Part shown: positions 9,389 to 17,167 of the stretch, piece by piece
How positions within the stretch are numbered: position 1 is the first letter of the stretch
Layout: each line of letters begins with the position of its first letter
Source: Microgenomates bacterium OLB22
GTDB lineage: Bacteria > Patescibacteriota > Microgenomatia > UBA1406 > HO2-37-13b
Direction: 5' to 3'
DNA: 64,000 nt
NCBI GenBank assembly: GCA_001567515.1
Contig: LLEV01000006.1
Location: 69,039-133,038, forward strand
Program-made: the position numbers and the translations under genes
The notes under the pieces: generated by a model
What the model saw: only the letters and a program-made list of their open reading frames with translations
Told to the model about the DNA's origin: nothing
Database searches by the model: none

Positions 9389-10714
9389 ATGTCTGTCCAA
9401 AAGGTCCCACCACAAGATGAACTAGCTGAACGCTCTGTCCTGGGAGCTATCTTGATTGATCCCGCCTCGCTTTCCACAGTCTTAGAGATAGTACTCCCCG
9501 AAGCCTTTTACTTTGAGCGCAACCGGAGCATCTTTAGTGCGATGCTCGGGCTTTATGAGAAGCATCAGCCTGTTGACATAATTACGCTCACAGCTGAGCT
9601 AAAGCTTCTGGGACTCTTGGACAAGGTAGGGGATACGAGTTATCTCTCGGAGCTTATTGACACGGTGCCTACGTCTGCATATGTAGAGCATTATGCCAAG
9701 ATCGTGAAGGCACAGTATATCAAGAGAAGTCTTATCAATTCGGCCTCTCGGATAGTTGAGGAGTCATTTCAAGATGACGCAGACATCACTGAGCTCCTCA
9801 ACCATGCTGAGTCGACTATATTTGGGCTATCACAACAGTATGTACATCGAAATTTTATAGATCTTCGCAGTATCCTTTCAGATAGTTTTGCCCGTCTGGA
9901 AGATCTAGTAAAGCACGGCAGTGGACTTCGTGGAGTCCCTACAGGGTTTGCAGACCTTGATGCCAAACTTGCTGGCTTTCAACAGTCTAACCTCATCATC
10001 TTGGCAGCACGTCCAGGCGTGGGGAAGACTACTCTAGCACTTAATATGGCACTTCACGCAGCTCTAAAAGAAAAAAGTGCCCATTGGATTTTTTCACTCG
10101 AAATGAGCAAGGAGGAGCTAGTAGATAGGATACTTGTGGGGCAAGCTGATATTGATGCTTGGCGACTCAAGACAGGAAAACTCTCAGACGATGACTATGA
10201 GCGGATCACTGATGCTATGGGGGAGCTTACAGAAGCCCCAATATACATAGATGATACTCCAGGGGCACCTATGCTCGAGATGATGACAAAGGCTCGTAAG
10301 CTAAAGCTCGAGAAGGGCCTTGGGTTGGTGATCGTTGATTATCTTCAGCTAATTGCCCCCGGTAAAAAGTTTGAGAGCCGTGTGCAGGAGGTTTCATTTG
10401 TATCTCAACAACTAAAAAATATGGCTCGTGAGCTACGTATCCCCGTCATAGCTTTGTCTCAACTATCACGTGCTATCGAACATCGTGGGGAGAAGAGACC
10501 GCAACTTGCTGATCTGCGCGAGTCGGGCTCAATCGAGCAGGATGCAGACGTAGTGATCTTTATCTATAAAGAAAAAGAGGATGAAGATCTTGTAGTCGAT
10601 AGCTCAAAGGCTTCCGCAAAGCTCTATATTGCCAAACACAGAAATGGTGCAATAGGAGAGATTGATCTTATGTTCCGAGGTGATAGAGTGAAGTTCTATG
10701 GAGTGGAGAGATAA
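9389..10714 (+). CDS. dnaB: Replicative DNA helicase DnaB
   Basis: N-terminal 'ERSVLGAILID', Walker A 'ARPGVGKTT', 'FSLEMS', 'VIVDYLQL', 'SQLSRAIE' and 'DLRESGSIEQDAD'. Confidence 0.92.
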   Translation: MSVQKVPPQDELAERSVLGAILIDPASLSTVLEIVLPEAFYFERNRSIFSAMLGLYEKHQPVDIITLTAELKLLGLLDKVGDTSYLSELIDTVPTSAYVEHYAKIVKAQYIKRSLINSASRIVEESFQDDADITELLNHAESTIFGLSQQYVHRNFIDLRSILSDSFARLEDLVKHGSGLRGVPTGFADLDAKLAGFQQSNLIILAARPGVGKTTLALNMALHAALKEKSAHWIFSLEMSKEELVDRILVGQADIDAWRLKTGKLSDDDYERITDAMGELTEAPIYIDDTPGAPMLEMMTKARKLKLEKGLGLVIVDYLQLIAPGKKFESRVQEVSFVSQQLKNMARELRIPVIALSQLSRAIEHRGEKRPQLADLRESGSIEQDADVVIFIYKEKEDEDLVVDSSKASAKLYIAKHRNGAIGEIDLMFRGDRVKFYGVER

Positions 10715-10937
10715 AAATCGAGCTATTGCTAAAGGATCGTTGCAATCGATTTGATCAGTGCAATTCGGTAAAATGAAAGATGAATTAATGCAAGAAAAGT
10801 CTCTTGTCGTCCTTAACTTGCTGCGCCCTGCATAGCCCTATGGGCGACGTAGGAAATAGGCTCTAGAAGCAAAATCTAGGAGACCTTCTCTCATTCACCC
10901 TATTAGACTTACATATTCGTAGCATTACATTTTTGTT

Positions 10938-11088
10938 CCCACCTTATTTATCAGAACTGGAGCTTCGCAGTAACAGCTTGTAGTACCAGACTCGGGTGGG
11001 GCCTCTGGCATATTGCATGCTACGCCCCACTTGCGTTTGGCAACACGCTGTAAACTTCTTTCGCTAGGTTCTGAAAATAGGTTGGGGG
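10938..11088 (+). repeat. Family-1 structured repeat, copy 3
   Basis: Same architecture as copies 1 and 2. The inner helix 10973-10981 with 11043-11051 carries two compensatory base-pair changes relative to copy 1. The ATGCTA arm pairs through G-U. Confidence 0.85.
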
Positions 11089-11105
11089 ATGAGAGGGTTC
11101 AAGGC

Positions 11106-11133
11106 AAAAAAAGCCGGCAGACTATGCTGCCGG
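11106..11133 (-). terminator. Rho-independent terminator of the MIF-like gene
   Basis: Read on the minus strand: stem CCGGCAG/CTGCCGG followed by T7. The stop codon (11122-11124) lies in the loop. Confidence 0.6.
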
Positions 11134-11517
11134 AGGTAGGTCTGATGGTGCGCAGATCATCTTCCCACCGAACCAAAATGACGTGCCAGGTGGCATATCG
11201 AAAAATGTGATGTCGAGATTTGTTTGTAGTCCGTAATCACTCAGGAAGGTCTCGATCAGATTGCCTAGTGCTTTCTTCTGCTCGACAGATCTACCCGCAT
11301 TCCATAAGATAAACACATGGAGCCCATGGCTTTTATCTTTTGTTCCATCTTGTTTGAATACCATCCAGGTCCCCGGAATCAAGTGAAGCTCGACATCAGC
11401 GGCTTGAGTACCTGAAACTTCAGCCACCTCTTCATAGAATTTGGCTATCCAACCAGCATCTCGACCAAGATAGGTGCATTCTGACTCAGGAATATTTCCA
11501 ACAAATATGCAAGGCAT
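11122..11517 (-). CDS. Tautomerase-superfamily protein, MIF/D-dopachrome tautomerase-like
   Basis: From the internal Met the protein starts 'MPCIFVGNIP' (Pro-1 hallmark). 'LHLIPGTWMVFKQDG' and 'LDITFFDMPPGTSFWFGG' parallel the MIF blocks 'VHVVPDQLMAFGG' and 'VYINYYDMNAANVGWN'. The track ORF start at 11544 is probably too far upstream. Confidence 0.55.
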   Translation of the reverse strand: MPCIFVGNIPESECTYLGRDAGWIAKFYEEVAEVSGTQAADVELHLIPGTWMVFKQDGTKDKSHGLHVFILWNAGRSVEQKKALGNLIETFLSDYGLQTNLDITFFDMPPGTSFWFGGKMICAPSDLPPAA

Positions 11518-11636
11518 TTCAAGCTCCTTTACGATGAGAGTCAATGTGCTGAAGGGAAGTATACTACTGAAAAGTCAAAACTCAAAGATCAATCCACCAG
11601 CTGGCAGATCAAAACCGAGATTAGACTTAAAAACCT

Positions 11637-11734
11637 GTCATCCTCGGACTGCTGGAGCAGAGCGACCGCAGATCCGGGGATCCAGGCTTTGTTGCTATCA
11701 TGTTTTCTGGATTCCCGCCTACGCGGGAATGACA
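11637..11734. repeat. 'TGTCATCC...GGAATGACA' palindromic intergenic element (about 98 nt)
   Basis: Inverted termini, internal hairpins CCTCGG...CCGGGG and ATTCCCGC-CTAC-GCGGGAAT (11711-11730), and a shared GATCCAG core with the element at 53113-53206. It generates the spurious peptide 'WIPAYAGMT'. Confidence 0.8.
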
Positions 11735-11830
11735 AATCTTTTTTTGTACACCTGGGAGGTGTGCTAAAGGGACACCTAGGGAGGGCATCCTCCTAGGTCG
11801 CGTCATGGTGGGACTCAGGGGTCATGCAAT

Positions 11831-11995
11831 GATCCCAGCTCACCCATGTTCAACTTCACTTCATGCATTACACGCAAGCAAGTGAACGTTTACACGTGCG
11901 GGTTACGTCTCAGTAATTACTCACTCGTGTCCGAATGCTGGCGGATATGAGATTCGTGAACTGTGACCTAAAAAAAAGCCCCGCCGTGGCGGGGC
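11831..11995 (+). repeat. Family-2 repeat, copy A (about 165 nt, candidate sRNA), ending in a terminator hairpin
   Basis: About 80% identical by eye to 47256-47420. Helices 11855-11861/11880-11886 and 11926-11932/11943-11949. The GC hairpin at 11978-11995 is preceded by A8, which is T8 on the minus strand and so terminates gene 12015..12524. Confidence 0.85.
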
Positions 11996-12014
11996 ATATA
12001 TACTCCTCGGACCC

Positions 12015-12524
12015 TTACTTTGGTCCCGACGTAGGAGTTGTAGCAGGAAAGCTTCGTCCGGAGCGTCTGAACTCAGGGAGTTCTAGGACACCAGAAGGAC
12101 TAAAGCCCCCAGCACTATCAATATGAGTAATTAGTGTACGATAGATTATCTCTGGTCCATCCGGGATGTCTCTTAGATCAAATTTCAACGCCATGAGTCG
12201 CTGATTAGGGTCAGCACAAGTCGGGCAAACGAAGCTAAAAGCGACATATCGCTGATCCGGGCTGATAGCGATACTCACACATCCCCAATCGCCTGCATTT
12301 TCGACTCCCATGCGGGGGCCATCATTCCAGAGGAGCAAATCTCCCATGGAGAGATCCTTTTTCTGGGCAAATGTATCGATACAGATATCCTTTATTGCAG
12401 CATCGAGGATCATCCGGGGATCAATGGTGCTCCAATTGACCAGACTAGCTGGATCAACAGTTGCCTCAGGGATGGGGAGCGGCGTAGCCATGGGCTTAGT
12501 CCCATCCTGGATCTTTGTGAGCAC
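12015..12524 (-). CDS. Hypothetical protein (GC-rich orphan)
   Basis: 169-aa ORF in a block with visibly higher GC than the flanks. It is followed by a canonical terminator. I recognise no motif. Confidence 0.5.
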   Translation of the reverse strand: MLTKIQDGTKPMATPLPIPEATVDPASLVNWSTIDPRMILDAAIKDICIDTFAQKKDLSMGDLLLWNDGPRMGVENAGDWGCVSIAISPDQRYVAFSFVCPTCADPNQRLMALKFDLRDIPDGPEIIYRTLITHIDSAGGFSPSGVLELPEFRRSGRSFPATTPTSGPK

Positions 12525-12569
12525 GTGTTCACCTGAGCGCGGATCGCGATTGATGAAAAGATAGTCCCA

Positions 12570-13073
12570 TCAAAGATCAATGATGTACGCCTTGCCAGGG
12601 GTATAGGTGTCGATCGCAAAAAATGGCGATACACTGAGCGCCTTATTCATGATCACAAAGCCCATGCCCTCGGTACGGCGTGCAAAATTCAGTACTGCCA
12701 GTGCTGCCCCTGTAGCCGCAGTGTGCGTTGAGCTACCAAAGCACTCCGAGCCATCAGGCATCTTATTGGCGATGCGGGTTACGACCTCTGCGTTTGCGAT
12801 GAGTGTGTCTTCCATTGACGGATAGCATGCATTTTGAATGCTGATTTCAAAGTCCACCTGTACCGTGTTCTTATCGTCCCTCTTGGGGCGCACTGCCGTT
12901 GGGCGGTCAGGCGCTCGTGTAGGGACAGCAAGAGGAGGTACCAATGTGGAGGCTCCATTCAAAACAGGTGTATTGATCGGTGCAGATTGGGTACCTTCAT
13001 CGATACCACGCTCACATCCGGTCACCAAGAGCGCTGTGACGGCGACTGCTGCGAACTTGAAAAGGGCTCTCAT
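12570..13073 (-). CDS. Putative lipoprotein
   Basis: Signal peptide with lipobox 'LLVTGC'. Overlaps the upstream gene by 4 nt. Confidence 0.6.
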   Translation of the reverse strand: MRALFKFAAVAVTALLVTGCERGIDEGTQSAPINTPVLNGASTLVPPLAVPTRAPDRPTAVRPKRDDKNTVQVDFEISIQNACYPSMEDTLIANAEVVTRIANKMPDGSECFGSSTHTAATGAALAVLNFARRTEGMGFVIMNKALSVSPFFAIDTYTPGKAYIIDL

Positions 13074-13768
13074 GTGTCATGCACTCCATGTTGGCGCGCC
13101 TCATCCTTACTACCGAACCATCTGCCGAGCCCTACTGCCACTGGCGGTACGATTGTCAGGACGAGTAGGGTGACAAAAAATCCAATCCCAAAGGGGGTGG
13201 GGATAGTCAGATGCGTACCTGCCTGAACAGTTGCCCCGAGCCAATTACAAGCACGGATGGCAACATCCGAGCTATTTGTCAATGCAGCGATGGCCGAGAC
13301 CGTGGTATTTACATCAGCCATATATATCTCCCCGAAGCAGAACGACCAACCCGGCCCCGAATACATCTTATGGATTGTCAAAGTGAAGAGGAATACATAG
13401 AGTCCCCAAAATCGTTGTTTATTGATCCATGTACATACGAGCATGGCCAAAAAAAGAAAAACCAAGAACGTGGGCCATAATCTGCTGGGAATCCTGATAG
13501 TTTCAGGCCGATCCCATAATAGGTTTAGATTGCAAAAGCGAATGACAGCAGTTTTGGTGCCTTCTTGCTTTGCCAATTGCTGGATGGTCATTTCTGCTGA
13601 ATATTCAACAGGACGGCCACCGCACCACTGAGCAATGCTGATATCTCTTCTGACCGCAAAGTTCAAGATCAGATAGCAGATAAGGAAAATACCAATAACG
13701 CCAGCCCCAATACGGAAAGGTCTTACATAGAGTTGCATGGCCGCATTAAGATCAATAAAGCGCTGCAT
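13070..13768 (-). CDS. Hypothetical multi-pass membrane protein
   Basis: 232 aa with several hydrophobic helices. First gene of a three-gene minus-strand operon. Confidence 0.5.
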   Translation of the reverse strand: MQRFIDLNAAMQLYVRPFRIGAGVIGIFLICYLILNFAVRRDISIAQWCGGRPVEYSAEMTIQQLAKQEGTKTAVIRFCNLNLLWDRPETIRIPSRLWPTFLVFLFLAMLVCTWINKQRFWGLYVFLFTLTIHKMYSGPGWSFCFGEIYMADVNTTVSAIAALTNSSDVAIRACNWLGATVQAGTHLTIPTPFGIGFFVTLLVLTIVPPVAVGLGRWFGSKDEARQHGVHDT

Positions 13769-13964
13769 AGCTCTCTCCTCTTAGCGTGTAGTAAACGAGT
13801 TCTAAAAGTGCTGGGTGAATTATACTATATCGCAGCTAAAAGGGAAGTATGTATTATTGTAAGAGATAGGTGAAACTCTACAGACTATAAGATCTATCAT
13901 TAGCTTGCATATTGGATAAGGTATGATATACTTGCGGCATATTAGAAATACAATCACAACAGTT

Positions 13965-15521
13965 ATGGAAAGATACGTATACCGCAACCCAGATGACACA
14001 GCGGGAGGAAGTGGCGATGAGTCTACAAAGTCACTAAGACTCCCTAAACGTGAAGAGCCAAAGCCCGCAAGCCTAGCTCTTCGATATATTGACGCCCCTA
14101 AGCCAAGAGGCGTAGATGATGCTGTGCTTCGTCGTTTGGAATCAGCACGTGCCACACTCCAACTAGTCGGAGAAACACGTCTCGGGGCAAATACCGCGAT
14201 ATTCAACTCTGGTGAGCTCGTACAAGCAGTTGACACTATGGTACATAAAGGAGTTATTGAGGCTTTGCAGATAGATCCAGAAGCCTATGAGCTACTATTC
14301 AATCTAGCAACACATGACCCTTTGATCAAAACTGCGTTAGTACGACTTCAAGAGCAGTTGGGTACTTATGATGTCCCTATCATACCCGCTCCTGACCTTG
14401 ATGAGGAAACTCTAAAAGAACAAGTGGGTCGAGTAAAAGGCGATCTTCTTGCAAACAATCCTCTTGTTTTGGCAGCTGCTCAATCATCGGTACATGGCAT
14501 GCTCCATCTCGTCCATCAAGCTGAAGGAATGACACGAGAACAGGCTGAAGAGCTACTTGAAGGTGCACTAGATGCCATAACTGATCTTACTCCGACGCCA
14601 GGGAAAGCAGACTCTTACAAAGGTCCAAAAGGGACCGCGCTGCTTGCTTGGCACAAATTGCGAGGAGGATACCCAGTAGATCACTATGACTTTGGAAGAG
14701 ACACCTTGTTCCCCCCAGAAGTGCTTGAATATGCTCAAGATAATCCACTGTATAGGGCACTTGTTTATAAAATGATAGCAATTTCAGCAGCAGTGATTAG
14801 AAATCAGGAACAGATCGAGCAAGTATCTAAGGCATTAAAGGCTCAAGTCGATGTAGTCTTCAATCCATATGATAAAGCTATAGCCAAAGTTATCGATGCG
14901 TATACAGTTGAGGTGGCATATAAAGAAAGAGACGCTTCGGGTAAAGAAGTGATAGTCAAAAGAAAAGTTCCTCTAGATGTCGCTCTCTCTCATCATGGGG
15001 ACAGAGTATTGGCAGCTCGAAGAGCTCTTGAAGGTCAGGATGCTCAATTGATAAGTGGTCAAGTGATAGATCCTAAAAAAACTAAGGAAATTGGAAGAAG
15101 TTTGAGGGATGCTACTAGTCACAGGCAGAGATTAGCAGAACAAAAGTCGAAGGCTGATGCTAGACTCAGGACCATTATTCTCGGTGAAATGGCAGACACC
15201 AAAGCGCTAGAAGGACAACAGAGCCTACTTGATACTGCCAGACGAGATCTTGGAAATTTGCTTAGAGAGGGACTCTTCACTTCAGTAAGTATGGTGGCTG
15301 TTGGAGCAGAGTTGAATGACGCTTATGTACGACTTCGTACTGCTCGTCAGGCACTCAGTGAGTCTCAGGTACAACAACAGGTCGCCGAAAGTATGCAAAC
15401 AGTCAACCTTCGTATAAAAGGGATGGTAGATGATGCTATGGTACAGACTGAGGAAGCCCAAAGAGCTCGTGAGATTCATGAGCGCGCTCGACGTCAGATC
15501 TCGGCCTCAAGCCAAACATAA
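13965..15521 (+). CDS. Hypothetical, largely alpha-helical/coiled-coil protein
   Basis: Long ORF (track 13923..15521; the first plausible Met is 'MERYVYRNPDD' at 13965). Charged helical C-terminal third. No recognisable family. Confidence 0.5.
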   Translation: MERYVYRNPDDTAGGSGDESTKSLRLPKREEPKPASLALRYIDAPKPRGVDDAVLRRLESARATLQLVGETRLGANTAIFNSGELVQAVDTMVHKGVIEALQIDPEAYELLFNLATHDPLIKTALVRLQEQLGTYDVPIIPAPDLDEETLKEQVGRVKGDLLANNPLVLAAAQSSVHGMLHLVHQAEGMTREQAEELLEGALDAITDLTPTPGKADSYKGPKGTALLAWHKLRGGYPVDHYDFGRDTLFPPEVLEYAQDNPLYRALVYKMIAISAAVIRNQEQIEQVSKALKAQVDVVFNPYDKAIAKVIDAYTVEVAYKERDASGKEVIVKRKVPLDVALSHHGDRVLAARRALEGQDAQLISGQVIDPKKTKEIGRSLRDATSHRQRLAEQKSKADARLRTIILGEMADTKALEGQQSLLDTARRDLGNLLREGLFTSVSMVAVGAELNDAYVRLRTARQALSESQVQQQVAESMQTVNLRIKGMVDDAMVQTEEAQRAREIHERARRQISASSQT

Positions 15522-15530
15522 CCTTAACTT

Positions 15531-16697
15531 ATGTCCAAAGAAAGCGCCATTTTTCAGCTAGAGAAGCAGCTGCGAGAAGGGCGTGGTAGTACAGTGGAAG
15601 AACAATTGCGTCGTAGTGTCGAGGCGGAATTTGATATAACTCCGCGTCTCTCCGAGCGTATTCCCATTACTGATTTTTCTACTAGCTCTACTCCTTTTGC
15701 CCCTACTGAATCACTTTTCGCACTTGAGAGGAGTGGTTCAACCGTAAGAGCCCAGAAGGGGACGATATTCAAACGTCTTGCTCTGGCAGCTGGAGTTGGT
15801 GCAGCCCTCTTTATCGGTTCCGGCTATACTGGTGATACCAACGCAGACGACGGAGCGACTAAAGAACGGATTGTACTCGAGCCACGCGTTATAGGTGACG
15901 GAGAACCCTATGTATATACAAATGATGGCCCTGAGGAGGTGAAAATAGGTCCGACGCCTACTGTTGAATTCCTCGAAAGGGAAGATTCTCCAACACGGAT
16001 AGATATCCCCTGGCTTCCTCGAAACATAGCCTTTTGGAACGCTCTTATCGAAGAGAGATACTCATTTTATGGCATAGATCCTGATCTAGGGGCTCTTATC
16101 CAGCTCATGGAGTCAGGTGGATCTCCTGATGCGGAGAGTGGACAGGCAAGTGGTCTTATGCAGATAGCCCCCGGCACAGCTAGAGGGTTTATTCCACAAC
16201 TCGGTATGTCCAGGACTGACCTTTCCGATCCCGAGGTCAGCGCGACCCTTGGAGCGTGGCATAGCTACACTGATCTCCAGCACGCTGGCATTAGTGATGG
16301 GTCGGACAATAATTCCCCAGACAAAGATACCCACTGGAAGCGCACAGTAGGTCTTGCAGGTGCCTCATATAATGGTGGGAAGGGAGCGGTAGACTACTAC
16401 AAGAGGAATGGACGTTTCCCGGACAATACCCAGACAGGCATCTATCGTGAATTTCTGGAGACAGTCTGGCCACTGCGCCATGATGCGAGTGTGACGTATC
16501 CTAGAATTGAGGTGATCTATAATGAGATCTCGCTGAAATATGGCGTGAATGCCGCATTGAGTTACCTTCAGAAGAAGGCTGTAAAGCAGCTCGATGAGCG
16601 TTATCCAAATTGGCGCACCGAGTCCTATACTCCACTATATAGCACATGTGATATGATCTCCAATCCCGCTATCCTCGCGCTAGGGAAGTGCAAATAG
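15531..16697 (+). CDS. Membrane-anchored lytic transglycosylase (SLT domain)
   Basis: 'LMESGGSPDAESGQASGLMQIAPGTARGF' carries the catalytic E-S and GLMQ motifs of SLT/GH23. One TM segment, 'LALAAGVGAALFIG'. Confidence 0.7.
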   Translation: MSKESAIFQLEKQLREGRGSTVEEQLRRSVEAEFDITPRLSERIPITDFSTSSTPFAPTESLFALERSGSTVRAQKGTIFKRLALAAGVGAALFIGSGYTGDTNADDGATKERIVLEPRVIGDGEPYVYTNDGPEEVKIGPTPTVEFLEREDSPTRIDIPWLPRNIAFWNALIEERYSFYGIDPDLGALIQLMESGGSPDAESGQASGLMQIAPGTARGFIPQLGMSRTDLSDPEVSATLGAWHSYTDLQHAGISDGSDNNSPDKDTHWKRTVGLAGASYNGGKGAVDYYKRNGRFPDNTQTGIYREFLETVWPLRHDASVTYPRIEVIYNEISLKYGVNAALSYLQKKAVKQLDERYPNWRTESYTPLYSTCDMISNPAILALGKCK

Positions 16698-16864
16698 AAC
16701 GTAAAGTCATGTCAAAGATTAAAAAATACAACGTATAACTCTAAATCCGTAGAAAGTTTCTTCATTTCACTTCGCTGCACTCAGAAAGAGGTACCTCCGC
16801 GTTCCAATCTTTAAGTCCATATCTTAGCTTTGATATTTGAGCTTTAAGCATTGATCTGTCTTTG

Positions 16865-16948
16865 TGGCGCGGGTGGGAATCGAACCCACATGATGCAAGC
16901 ATCACAGGTTTTTGAGACCAGCCTGTCTACCAGTTCCAGCACCGCGCC
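16865..16948 (-). tRNA. tRNA-Leu (anticodon CAA), CCA not encoded
   Basis: Hand-folded cloverleaf: acceptor GGCGCGG/CCGCGCC, 3-bp D stem, anticodon loop CTCAAAA, long variable arm, T arm GTGGG-TTCGATT-CCCAC. Confidence 0.9.
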
Positions 16949-17167
16949 AAGGATGAAAAAAGTTCGTAATTTCTAAATCCTAATTTCTAAATTCTAAACA
17001 AATCCCCAACGTAAAATTCAAAGCTTTTCTTGCTTAAATTTATCTTTCCTCGCTCCGATCATATCGATACTTCAGCGATAGAGCGATCTTTTTTCGGTCT
17101 TCATTATACCACCACTGATATACTTTGTGGTCTTTACCCCCTGCTCATTTGCTGGTAGCATCATAGT

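Noticed and set aside
2965-11088. Family-1 elements as retron msr/msd or CRISPR-associated RNAs.
   Set aside because: There is no reverse transcriptase or cas gene anywhere in the window.
12310-13631. Numerous overlapping ORFs on both strands (for example 12310..12564, 12410..12634, 12607..12825, 12834..13226, 13211..13480).
   Set aside because: This is typical stop-codon depletion in a GC-rich block. They overlap the more coherent operon of lipoprotein and membrane protein genes.
16960-17000. The tandem 'TAATTTCTAAAT(C/T)C' x2 upstream of tRNA-Leu.
   Set aside because: There are only two units in AT-rich promoter-proximal DNA, which is too little to call a functional repeat.
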